Shown: piece after piece, positions 1 to 10,209 of the stretch
Numbering within the stretch: position 1 is the stretch's first letter
Layout of the letters: each line of letters starts with the position of its first letter
Assembly: GCA_024626585.2 (NCBI GenBank)
Contig: JANKJI020000002.1
Coordinates: 118,320,679 to 118,335,437, forward strand
DNA length: 14,759 nt
Direction of reading: 5' to 3'
Origin: Ginkgo biloba
Taxonomy: Eukaryota > Plantae > Ginkgophyta
Program-made: the position numbers and the translations under genes
Notes under the pieces: generated by a model
What the model was told of the DNA's origin: nothing
What the model saw: only the letters and a program-made list of their open reading frames with translations
Databases searched by the model: none

Positions 1-685
1 TTTTGGTTCTCAATGATGACCATTGCATGTCAATGACTTATAGCTAGGGATGGCCATCAGAAATGGGACAATTTGATTGATATTGAGTCCCAATTGTTTA
101 ACATTTTGTAGATCAATCAAGTTGTGGTTACTTTTAGAGTCCAACACCACTAATACCTTGGCTTTGTTGATGAAGTTATGCATTTTTAATGTGACAAGCC
201 TTTTGATTCTTGCCATAGCAAGCAAAGATATCTCTACTTTGTTTGTTTGTGTCTACGGTACTTCAATAAATTCATTGACTTCATCTAGTTGGAATTATGG
301 GGCAATTTCGATGTTTCTTATTTGTCTTCTACTTCTTGTTGTTCCTCGATTGCTTCAACCATGCAAAACTTCCCGAATCTCCTTTTTACATACTCTAGCA
401 TGCTCTATGGTCCATGGTTCATTGCAATCATAATAGAGGTTTCACAATTTCTTCTCTCGACATTCTTGATGAGTCATGTATAGTTTAGCTTATTGTGCCA
501 TAAATTGTTGAAAATGATTGAATTGTTCTCTTCTATTAAGACCTATGTATCCGTCCTGTAGTGCTTTATAACCATATTCAGTTTCACTTGCTAGGTACAC
601 TACATCTTCGACCGTTTGTAAATTATGCTTTATTAATTTTGCCTTGATTTTTGGCCACATGATACTAATGTATCTTATTTCACCT
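1..685 (-). pseudogene. Degenerate Ty3/Gypsy gag + aspartic protease remnant (runs off the window start)
   Basis: Manual minus-strand translation gives, in order: a Gag C-terminal segment (EIRYISIMWPKIKAKLIKHNLQTVEDVVYLASETE, cf. rYisGL..eI.....pqTleeAi.LA), a decayed knuckle (ECREKKL*NLYYDCNEPWTIEHARVCK, cf. rr.KGLCf.CdEkw..gH.C), then after frameshifts the protease (VEISLLAMARIKRLVTLKM...VLVVLDSKSNHNLID...KQLGLNI...PF, cf. vLiDSGsThNFId...akkLgL). The catalytic Asp codon is at 139-141 and DSG has become DSK. Internal stops and frameshifts are present. Confidence 0.85.
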
Positions 686-1260
686 TAAGAAAAGAGAAGG
701 ATGCAAAGCTAATCAATTAAGTCAGCAAGTGTGTAATGCAACTTATGGCAGCACCACCCACGAAGTAATTTTGAGAGAGAAAGAGAAGTAAAGCAAGCCC
801 TATTAGTTTAACCCTAATAGGATGCCTCCAATACATGATGAAACGTGGCAAACACTCCATGGAAGGGAATTTGGTGTTAAGGCATCACCATCAACAAGTG
901 TCATTGTTTTGTGGAGGCAAATTTCTCGCTTGTAATCTTATTGTTTGACTTAGGGCACTATTATTCTCTATCTTGGTTTCATATTTTCTACTGAATAGAT
1001 AGGAGCTCTTCTTAGAGCATCTAAATTCTTAAGTAAGGAGTTGTTTTTGGCCTAGATAGGTGACATCTCACCTTATCCAAATTCTGCATCCGCATATTTG
1101 CATGCTGCTTTTTGAAAGTGATGTCTCGCCTTATACATTCATTTCAAACTCTAGCAACAACCTATAGCTTCAGTTAAATAAGAAAGGTGATGCAAGCATT
1201 CTAGGCTACTACGTGGCACTTTGAATGTTGGTTTTGACCCAATGGAAGGCAAGGCCTTTT
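683..1260 (+). repeat. Diverged repeat segment C, copy 1 (homologous to ~4624-5152); probably LTR-derived
   Basis: Ungapped 27/37 match between 838-874 and 4774-4810, plus colinear anchors (ccttaa.a..gagaa.g; gcaccac; gcaaggc). The 3' boundary is approximate. Confidence 0.5.
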
Positions 1261-1509
1261 CATCCATAGTTGCTTCAATCCTTTTCAGCTAGAGAATTTG
1301 GACTAGGTAAGTCCCCCAAATCTATAACTATTCAAAAGCCTTGAATTTGCAAAACTATTTCAGATTGTTATAAATTAATAAAAAAATATCTCCAGTAAGA
1401 TTAATATAAGTAGGATGAATTGATTTGTATGCATGATTGTCACATAGGAAGTAAGACATCTCCATTTTGGGACTTTTTATGGTTTATTTATGGTTGCAAT
1501 TGCTTTCTA

Positions 1510-2081
1510 TGATGCATGGGGTAATTAGTTACCAAGAAAAACCTTCCTTTACCATACAAAACTACTTTGCCCCACCTGTAGAAACCTTGGTTTTGGAGTC
1601 AAGGGGTGGCATAGCTTTGTAGTTGATATTTGTTAGGGAATTACATGAAATATTTATTTAGCCCTTATCACATGCACTGATGGGCTAAAATTAGCAAAGG
1701 GTTGAAAGATACCTAAAGATGAGGATTAGGGTACCTATGGACTGTTTACCCTCATGATGACTACTAATATGGTTGACAACATAAAAGGATACCCCGTTGC
1801 TTGTTAGCCATATGGTTGAAATAAATCCCACTAGTAATTAATATATAAATAAATAATTGCTACTAGGGTGGAACCCTAACTTAGGAAACTTTGGTGCTAA
1901 AAAGGGGTTGAGAATAGACCTGGGGCCTAGCACCCTTACTAGTGTCAAGAGATGAAAAGGGGTGGAGTATCACAGATCGTTAATAGCTATTAGGTATTGA
2001 CGATGAGTATTTGTGTTACCACCAAAGGTCGCTACTGCCATAGTAAGCCCTTACATCATCCCCAAAGCCAACATAAATGAT
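1510..2081 (+). repeat. Diverged repeat segment B, copy 1 (homologous to ~7473-8190), cut by an N-gap
   Basis: Colinear anchors: ccttccttt (1542/7508), tgta.aaacc (1577/7545), gggtggcat, taaaagga.acccc...atat(g)ggttgaaata (1782/7710), gggcctagcacc.tta.tag at 18/20 (1923/8035), aagccctta. Confidence 0.75.
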
Positions 2082-3408
2082 NNNNNNNNNNNNNNNNNNN
2101 NNNNNNNNNNNNNNNNNNNNNNNNNNNNNNNNNNNNNNNNNNNNNNNNNNNNNNNNNNNNNNNNNNNNNNNNNNNNNNNNNCACTATATGTGGCTCAAGG
2201 GAAAATGGTGAGACAACCAAGAATGCTTTTGGATATTTAAAAGCACTTAAGCCACAGTATAAATCATCATCTTCTAGCATTTATTCTAAAGTAAGTTCAT
2301 CCTTAATTTTTTGTTGACATTTTACTTCAAAAAAGAGGACTTGTATACAAAAGTTGTGCTTAAGAGCACAACCTCACATGTAGAAGGCATTTGCTACCAT
2401 TATAACCAATATTATCTATCTTCATTGGGTTCTCTACAAGTTGAAGTGGGGATATGAAACAATTTTTCTACATAAAGTGGTGAAACCTCTAGAAAAATAA
2501 TTATTCATTATCATTGATTTAAATGTTAAACATAGTGTAGTTTATATTTTATATAATATAAACCTAAACAAAGACATATTCAATCTAAACCTTAAAATTT
2601 GTATCTATCCAACATGCCAAATATTGTGTATTTTTTCTAGAATTTTTACCTATCTTTGTATGGAATTCACATTTTTTTGCAAATACTTAAACTCTGATGT
2701 TTCATAACACCTATTCAAATATGGTTAATATCCTTCTCACTATTGTATCTACTTCAACCCATTTGTACACAGACCATGACTTTGTGACAACTAGATTATC
2801 CAATTTGTGTATATCCAATCCATGTGCACCTACTTCACAGCAAGAGTTATGTCTTTTTGAATCTAAGGACTCCTAGGCAAAAAATTCTTCATGTGAGAAG
2901 GTGTGATGGATTCCTTAATTACATACCAAGACAAAGATTCTTCTACCCAGACAAATTGTGGCTNNNNNNNNNNNNNNNNNNNNNNNNNNNNNNNNNNNNN
3001 NNNNNNNNNNNNNTTTGCGAGGAAGGAAAAATCAAAACACTCCAATCCTACCACCCCAAGGTGAGTTTTGGTAGGAGCACAACCCTAAGACCCAAACAAA
3101 GATTAGGTCTATGGATGTAATCAAAATTTTGAAGTTGTCTTGATATAACCTCCATCTTTTTGCTCACGCATGATTTTATGCTTCAATGAAGCAAAGTCAT
3201 GCTTATGATTCTTATGTTGGTTCATATCTTTCACAAATTGACATGATTCTAACAAGATTTCCATGCCAATAGAACAACTTTTCACTTGTTTTTGGAACAA
3301 TAAAATGCTCATTAAACAATGCGTTATTCTTTTAACCATGTAATCAACTAGCTCTCATTGCTTAGTCTCCCTTGATTTTGCATTAAACTTGGTATAGTAT
3401 AAATACAA

Positions 3409-3427
3409 ATAGATAGATAGATAGATA
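3409..3427 (+). repeat. (ATAG)4 microsatellite
   Basis: atagatagatagatagata read directly. Confidence 0.9.
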
Positions 3428-3499
3428 TGGAAAAGAATAGACTCCTTTTAAACATTGAAAAAAGAGTAACACTCTCTCTTTCACATTCTTCATACTATC

Positions 3500-4596
3500 T
3501 ATCAATCAATCAAATCGCCACAAAAAACAACTTGAACACAATGAAGCTTGCCTTGGCTTTAAGCTCATTAAACAACACATATTAATGAAAAAAGGCAACT
3601 ATAAGCATTGCTCTAATCAAGAGATTTGAAATGAATGGTTCCAAGCCTATGGCAAGCTAAGAAACATGTACAATAAGAAGCTAGGAAGCCTTAAGATGAC
3701 CCAAACAGCACATAAGCGGCTAGTGGAGTCCAAGAGATAGCTTAGAATGTTACAAGAGGCCTTAAAGTCGACAAAAGAGCTTTTTAACCCTTAGGGGCTC
3801 CTTAAAACTCAACCAAAAGGCTAAGAGGGCAACGCAAGGAGTACCTAAGGCCTTAAAATTCACCTCAAAGTTAAGCAGGGCTCCCTTAAAGACTAAGGGA
3901 GGTCTTCTAAAGTTGACAAGGAAGCAAAGAAACATTAGTCCTAGCTCGGTTGGATATAGAAAGTATAAATTGCATATATTAAGCACAAAGGGGCTTTACT
4001 CACACTCAACAAATTCACTTCTAATGTGCTCTTCTAATCTTCTTCACTATTTGCAATTTGGAGGTCTAGTTTCCTCAATGATGGTATATGAGTTGAATTT
4101 TGACTCATCCTAGTATTTGGAGGTCTAGAGGGGCAACAATCTAGCAAAGACTTCAAATTGAAATTGCACTACACTAATTGCATTCACCATTATATTCACA
4201 CCTCATTTCGGTGTTTTGCAACAAATCTGAAGGTTAGTTCTGGACTAGAGTTGGAGCAAAAGCAATTTTTCAACTTTAACCTGGCCTATTTAGATTTGCC
4301 ACGTCAAGTTGACACACATTACTTCAAACTCAAGGCAAAGGTTGGAAGTTGATTTTTCTAAATTGCCCTGCAACTCGCCGTGCAACTGGGAACAATAATT
4401 GGGTCAGAAAGTAAGTCGCCCCTATTGTAGAAAGCAGTTAAATTTGTAAAACAAGTGTAGGAGGAATTTGTTGGAACAAAAAGGCAACAAACTGACTAGA
4501 TGCCCTGAAATAGGATTTCTTGGTATAAAGAAGATATTAGAATTCTTACTTGAAGCTTAAAAGAGTTGGAAACCCTCTTGATAATCTTTTATGTTA
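3500..4596 (+). repeat. Diverged repeat segment A, copy 1 (~1.1 kb, homologous to ~10210-11346); probable LTR fragment
   Basis: Colinear anchors: caatcaatcaaa, ggctttaag, acaacacat, ctagtggag, aactc.accaaaaggctaagag at 21/22 (3806/10510), cctaaggccttaa, a 30/36 match (4155-4190 vs 10862-10897), cctcatttc, aatagg.tttctt, ending at tttatgttac. Confidence 0.85.
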
Positions 4597-4623
4597 CAAA
4601 CCAAAAAAATCAAGAAAAATTGG

Positions 4624-5152
4624 CCTTAAAAGGGAGAAAGGTCAAGGAAATAAGTGAAGAAGTTGGCAGTTAGGCCCTACAGTTGCTAGTAGCACCACTA
4701 GGAGTACCCTTGATAATCAAGAAAGTTAAAGTAGTAAGTGGAAAACCCAACCAATGGCACTCCTAATGAAATAATGACACGTGACAAAAGGCACATGGAT
4801 TGGCATTTGGAATGTAGGGTGGTTCCAACATAAGTCTAGCAATATGGAAGGACTACACCCTAGAGTTATTATTTATGAAGAGTCAAGCCAAGGCTTGGTA
4901 ATCTTTTTGGCTCTTTGACATTATTTATGGGTTTTAATTCGCTTCTCAATCTTTTGACTTTCTATATTTCTGTTGGCTTTTGCGGCATTCTAAAGAAGAA
5001 GTTCATTCTATATATATTTTGTTGGATTGAAATGTAGACATCTTATTTAGGGCAATTTCATTCATAGAAGAAGGATGTTGCTTGTCCTAGTGTGATGTCA
5101 TCATTCTTCAAGTATATTTGGCACTATAGCAGTGCAAGGCAACCTTGGAGAC
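4624..5152 (+). repeat. Diverged repeat segment C, copy 2, cut by an N-gap
   Basis: Same anchors as 683-1260; directly follows segment A on the same contig. Confidence 0.5.
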
Positions 5153-5344
5153 NNNNNNNNNNNNNNNNNNNNNNNNNNNNNNNNNNNNNNNNNNNNNNNN
5201 NNNNNNNNNNNNNNNNNNNNNNNNNNNNNNNNNNNNNNNNNNNNNNNNNNNNTCCATTGTTATTGCTTGTTGGTTGTGCAGAAAAGAATGGCATACAATC
5301 AATCTCAAAGGACAGAATTGCAAACCCAAACCAAATCCAAAACT

Positions 5345-5464
5345 CAATTCCATCCATTTAGTCAATGCCCACATACACACTGAAATTAGTACTTGTCAAT
5401 GCCCACATACACACTGAATTAGTACTTGACAATTCCATCTATTCAGTCAATGCCCACATACACA
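5345..5464. repeat. Compound short direct repeat in the presumptive 3' UTR of the 201-aa gene
   Basis: gtcaatgcccacatacaca occurs exactly at 5361, 5395 and 5446. ctgaa(a)ttagtacttg follows copies 1 and 2; caattccatc.att.a precedes copies 1 and 3. Confidence 0.9.
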
Positions 5465-5538
5465 TACTTTGACAATAGAATTCACAAGAAAAGAAGCCAG
5501 AAAGGAAATCCATGCTTCAGCTATGAGCTCCTACACTG

Positions 5539-6144
5539 TTATATAGCCTGTTGAGAAGGGAAACGTCTAGTTGGTACCATGACCTGTCCTTCTATAATTG
5601 AACATGCCCTCATACAAGAGTAAGCACGAGTAAATACTTTCTTACTACCCACTGCCCTGTTGTTGTTGCTGCTGCTTCCTCCGCCATTTCTAATCTTTGT
5701 GCACTCCATGAGTGCTGTCTGAAACGGATCCTCACATTTCTCCATTTCCATGGATTTTTTTTTAAACAATCGTCTCCCTGAGTAGCAGTACTGCCCATAA
5801 GATAACAAAAGAGGGGGCGGTCTTAGATTTAGATCATCATCAGGAACAACTTTGTTCTGGGATGATGTTTTTGCATCAGACGACTCCTGCTGCTGTTTGG
5901 GGATTCCAGGCTTATCTTCCCATATGAAGGGAATTGCAGCCTTAGATCGGCCTAAATAATACAATGGAGTAGATGAATAATGAAACAATGGGGAAGACAA
6001 TGGAGATTGTGCTCTGCATACTGAATTGGAGTTTGTTTTCCTATTGAGAATGGCAGTATTGTGCCAATTGACATCCTCATTCTGTATTTTGAGGCCATGG
6101 CTCATGAGATCCATCATTTGAGGACTTTCTGGATTCAGAGGCAT
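5539..6144 (-). CDS. Intronless 201-aa plant protein of unknown function, DUF688-type (PFxWExKPGxPK motif)
   Basis: Uninterrupted ORF with an in-frame upstream stop (6202-6204) and A at -3 of the ATG. It contains AAIPFIWEDKPGIPK, LNLRPPP, EDPFQTALMECTK and YSCMRACSI, motifs I recognise from plant DUF688-like disordered proteins. The downstream sequence on the minus strand is U-rich, consistent with a plant 3' UTR. The true start could be a downstream Met (M10, M11 or M14). Confidence 0.85.
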   Translation of the reverse strand: MPLNPESPQMMDLMSHGLKIQNEDVNWHNTAILNRKTNSNSVCRAQSPLSSPLFHYSSTPLYYLGRSKAAIPFIWEDKPGIPKQQQESSDAKTSSQNKVVPDDDLNLRPPPLLLSYGQYCYSGRRLFKKKSMEMEKCEDPFQTALMECTKIRNGGGSSSNNNRAVGSKKVFTRAYSCMRACSIIEGQVMVPTRRFPSQQAI

Positions 6145-6499
6145 CCTTCCCTTCTCTGGTATAGAATATGAGCAGATCAGTTCTGTTTGTGTAGCAGATA
6201 TCTACTCATTAGATAACACTCACAAGCAATAATGGGCATTGCAGTGTAGTATTGCACCGCTATTTTTTTTTTTTTCTTGCTTTAGAGATCTGTGGATGGA
6301 TAATTACTCTGCGCATGCGATTCACCTTGCGCGCCAGCTATACAGGAGAATCATAATCGCACATGGGGTTCAAATAGAGATAGAATTCCCAATAGTTAAT
6401 AACATTTTATTCCGTCTGTTGTTGACATACACGTTGACGGAAAACCTATTAAGATGTGATTTTCTTTCTTTTCTTTATATGTTCGTGGACGCTTTAATA

Positions 6500-7460
6500 T
6501 TTTGCTAGGTTCAAAATCTTCGGAGACTTTATCACCTTTATCTCCTAGAAACTCTTCTTCTGATAAGCACCATAATGGTTGCTCTTCCCAGTCGTCTAAC
6601 ATCATCTTGCGAAGCTCCTCTAGTATTGGTTTCAAGAAGTGACCTAATTTTGATATGACCTAGCTTTGACCCCACTTGTTTGGGCTGTGACAAATGACAT
6701 CATAAAGTACGGATGCTAAGGTCGGTTGGGTGTTGACCAGCCTTTGAACATGAAATAATCACAATTAAAGTTTACTGTCCTTTACATTTATTGTGACTGA
6801 TGTTAGATTTGTACTTTAGGTCGACTCAGGGCATTGACCAAGGTTTGACCACATCAAAAATTCATTTAAGGTCAGTTTTCCTTGATAATGACATTAGAAA
6901 TTTGTACAACAAGGTCGGTTGACGTCATAATAGTCCATACAACCTTATATAAGTCTATTGTACTTTGTTTTTTGGTAATAAATGTGGTTGTCTTAGTGTT
7001 TTTATTGTGTGACTTCCTTTGATTGATATTTGATCGCTTTGACTGTTGTTTGACCGCCTTTGACTGATGTTTGACCGCTTTTAATATTGTTTTGATTGCT
7101 ACCATGTCACCCTTAAGCTTGCCATGTCATTGCCAAGGCTGCCACATCATCAATTGGCTCTTTGACCACGTTATAAGGGTTGTTTTGGCTCAGTCAACTA
7201 CGTTTGACTGATTGTTTTACTCCTTTTAAGGTGGTTTCGCTTCTTCAAAGGCGGTTTTGCCCCTTAGGTGGTTTTACTCGTCTTATGGTGGTTTCTTGTC
7301 ACGCCATGTCCTTTTGATGATGATGCATCATTTTCTAGTACTCCTTGGCGCAAAATCGTCATAATGAGGCAAATCTTGGTTGCCCTTATACGAATATCTA
7401 GTCTTTTCCCCTGCTATCAAGGTTTGCCAGATTGGCCAGGGTCTAAATCTACTACAAACA
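6500..7460. mobile_element. Probable decayed LTR-retrotransposon non-coding fragment rich in TTGACY and GCCAYRTC motifs
   Basis: Strand-biased TTGAC(C/T) reiteration, an internal 20-21-bp tandem repeat, and gccatgtca/gccacatca motifs resembling CpG-deaminated GCCACGTCA. No recognisable protein. Boundaries are approximate. Confidence 0.45.
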
Positions 7461-7567
7461 AGGAAATGAATTAATGCATAATGGGCATTCTATTTCAAAT
7501 AAGCCGCCCTTCCTTTGCTTGTTGTTGACTTTTTGCTCTATTGTTGTATAAACCATAGGTCTTGACC
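6666..7567. promoter_or_regulatory. Cluster of 13 W-box consensus hexamers (TTGACC/T) 0.5-1.4 kb upstream of the 201-aa gene
   Basis: Plus-strand hits at 6666, 6733, 6834, 6845, 7039, 7050, 7060, 7071, 7162, 7204, 7525 and 7562; a minus-strand hit at 7192; a TGACGTCA palindrome at 6920-6927. The motifs are seen directly; function is unproven. Confidence 0.4.
7029..7089 (+). repeat. 20-21-bp tandem repeat x3
   Basis: tttgatcgctttgactgttg / tttgaccgcctttgactgatg / tttgaccgcttttaatattg. Confidence 0.8.
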
Positions 7568-8190
7568 GTAGGGTGGCATGGATCTATAGAGAAAATCCAT
7601 TGGGGGATTATGGAGCCCCATCATTTTCTACATCTTTGTATGGGCATGCTTTGTATGGACTATCAATAGAGTTGAAACAAACCCAATTTTGATTTGTACG
7701 ATATCGAGTTAAAAGGACACCCCTTAGTTCTATTAGTCATATGGGTTGAAATACACCTAGGGTGACTATAAAATTGAAAAAATATCCATTGTTATGTAAG
7801 TCACCTAGTATCATAAATTAATGTAAATGAGTTGAGGGATACCTACAAGATGGTATCATAAATCAATATAAATGAGTTGTGAGGATACCTATAGGATAGT
7901 ACCATAAATTAATATAAATGGGTTGAGAGGATACCCACATGCAAGTATCATAAATTAAGATAATTAAATACTACCAATCAAGGTTGGAGACTATTTAGGT
8001 TTCCTAGTGCCAAAATGTGTTGAAACAATATCTAGGGCCTAGCACCTTTATTAGCATTGAGTGAAGAGATGGAGTCTAGCAAAGCAATCAAAACTACTAG
8101 GCATTGATAATACACACAAGGTTGTTATCAGAGGTTTGTTGCCAACACAACAAGCCCTTAAGGTCATTCCCATGGCCATCAATGGATGTT
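7473..8190 (+). repeat. Diverged repeat segment B, copy 2; may continue as LTR sequence to ~9002
   Basis: Same anchors as 1510-2081; it contains an extra 45-46-bp tandem array that copy 1 lacks. Confidence 0.75.
7806..7970 (+). repeat. 45-46-bp minisatellite, ~3.5 copies
   Basis: Units start at 7806, 7851, 7897 and 7943; consensus is approximately tagtatcataaattaatataaatgagttgagaggatacctacagga. Confidence 0.9.
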
Positions 8191-9003
8191 TTGTCCCATG
8201 TCACTATCCCTATCTATGTACCCTTAACATGCATGAATGGTTGTATTATTTGTGCTAATGCTTAACATATGCAAGTTGGAGCATGTTTGTGTTGTAGGTA
8301 CAAGGTAGCAAGCGATTACATTTTATGTTATTTTATGCCATTTTTAGAGGTCATTCTTGTTACTCTAACAACTTTGCAATGTATGAAATGGACTATTCAT
8401 CAAATGTTTAGGCCTTGCGCAATTTGTTACAACATTTGTCATATTCAACCATAGATTAACAAAGTTTGTCACATGGATTGATGGTAGTTAAATGCTTGTT
8501 ACATGGATTGCATAAGGGTTGGATGCCATATGTGTCATCTTGCAATGACCTAGTTGACATCCAATTATGATGAGGTAAAGAAATGGAAATGAAGTGATTA
8601 GGATTGTAGGACTTTGTTATGGCCTAGACGACCAACATGGAGGTTATGTGGGGGATAAATTCTCATAACTATGTTTAGGGGATGGATTCTCAAAATGACA
8701 TGCAACAAAGATAGATTCTCTAAACCACAACCAGCAAGGATGGATTATGTAGATGCTACAAGAGTTGATGCTTGTAAGGAAGTGGGACCCCCTAATAGAT
8801 AATGTAGGGTAGCATCATCGACTAGATGTTCCTAGTTATAGGCTAGGGTTTCATCTAGCACACAAGCCCCTTTAGCCCATGCTCATTTATAAGCCCAATT
8901 AGGGTGGATCCAATCATAGAATAGAATGCTTGTTGCATAATTCTTTGTTTGGCTAGAAGCTTGATGTAGGTTTTGAAGATTATACTTCGAGAGCCTATAA
9001 TAG

Positions 9004-9015
9004 TGGTATCAAAGT
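9004..9015 (+). other. Primer-binding site (initiator tRNA-Met type) of an LTR retrotransposon
   Basis: TGGTATCAAAGT versus canonical TGGTATCAGAGC (10/12). It is preceded by ...ATAATA-G (a possible decayed ...TAACA LTR end) and followed ~50 bp later by gag-like sequence. Confidence 0.7.
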
Positions 9016-9055
9016 TGAGATTCAATTCATATTTTTCTGCAAAAATAACATTCAC

Positions 9056-9658
9056 ATGGAATGTGGGGCAGTTGGAAAAGGCCCTTGAAAAACAACCATA
9101 AAGGTTAGATGAATTGTGAGTTGAATTATCTCAAATGAAAACACCAACAAGGTAGTGGAAGATCATGGTTTGCACATTCTATAAGAAAAAGACTGAAGGA
9201 AAAGAAGGCTCCAAATATATTTTTTCAACAAAAGAAAAAAGAGGAGAGAAAGGGATAAGTGAAACCAAAACTATCATAGAAAGACTTAGTAGAGAAATAG
9301 ACTCTGCAATCCAAGACAATCAAGCTTCATATAGTCATCGACAAGATAAACAAGAGGATATGTCTACACAACAAGTTGAATTGAAGATGCCTAAGTTCTA
9401 TGGTAAAGCAATAGAAATAGAATTCTACTCTTGGGTAGGTGAAGTTGAGAGTTATTTTAAAAGCCTATAATGCTTCTAATAGAAATAACATAATCCTTTC
9501 TCAATTGTCTTATAGGATGCAACCAATATATGGTGAGAAAGAATAGAAAGACAAGCAGAGCACATAAGAGAACACATTGATACATGGGAAGAAATGGTCA
9601 AAAGTGATGTTTTGAAGGTATGCTCTAGGGAATGATGAAAGAGAAGCACTACCAATTG
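9056..9658 (+). pseudogene. gag: Degenerate Ty3/Gypsy (chromovirus-like) gag
   Basis: ORF 9165-9470 ends in VELKMPKFYGKAIEIEFYSWVGEVESYF (cf. kl.iP.F.G.....f..W...vE.yF). Past stops and frameshifts it reads DATNIW*ERIERQAEHIREHIDTWEEMVK (cf. A..WW......I.TWeeM), the retrotransposon Gag capsid pattern. Truncated by an N-gap. Confidence 0.85.
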
Positions 9659-10209
9659 NNNNNNNNNNNNNNNNNNNNNNNNNNNNNNNNNNNNNNNNNN
9701 NNNNNNNNNNNNNNNNNNNNNNNNNNNNNNNNNNNNNNNNNNNNNNNNNNNNNNNNNNNNNNNNNNNNNNNNNNNNNNNNNNNNNNNNNNNNNNNNNNNN
9801 NNNNNNNNNNNNNNNNNNNNNNNNNNNNNNNNNNNNNNNNNNNNNNNNNNNNNNNNNACATCATGGGAAGATCAAGACAAGAAAAAGAAGAGAACAAATC
9901 AAAATTCAAGGTTTAAGAAATTAAGGGGAAAACATTAACAAAACCAAAGGCAAGGTACAAATGAACAAAATTTAGATTAGAAATCAAAGGTGCAATCCTA
10001 AAAATTTATATTCAGCATTCAAAACAAACAACAATCTCTTAGAGAAAATTAATGCTTTATATATAAAAGCAAGGAACACCAACGAAAGCATTGTCCACAA
10101 AGAAACAAATTAAATACAACCAAGAAGCCGTAGCAAAAGCAAGTCATCGAGATCAATGAGCTCAAGGGAGCGAGGAGAGATGCTACAACTCAAACAAAGC
10201 CTAAGACTC

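Noticed and set aside
77-483. ORFs 77-433 and 289-483 (+), hydrophobic
   Set aside because: They are antisense to the Gypsy gag-protease remnant.
799-821. 8-bp inverted repeat cctattag/ctaatagg with a 7-nt loop
   Set aside because: Plausible by chance in AT-rich DNA; no supporting context.
2182-2500. Faint Copia RT/RNase H resemblance (TTKNAFGYLK; AFATIITNIIYLHWVL) or an exon ending at GTAAGT 2291
   Set aside because: Diagnostic motifs (DADWAG, EAEY, CDN) are absent and the spacing is wrong; not supportable without a profile search.
5345-5464. CRISPR-like or miRNA-hairpin reading of the 19-mer repeats
   Set aside because: The intervening sequences are themselves duplicated, and only ~7-bp inverted matches exist.
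5610-6635. ORFs 5610-5798 (-), 6239-6508 (+) and 6396-6635 (-)
   Set aside because: Short, with no recognisable motifs. The first overlaps the real CDS out of frame; the other two start at non-ATG codons.
8615-9002. Alternative short 388-bp LTR (TGTTAT...ATAATA) before the PBS
   Set aside because: The terminal match is imperfect and there is no second copy in the window. It cannot be distinguished from the long-LTR model, so it is not called.
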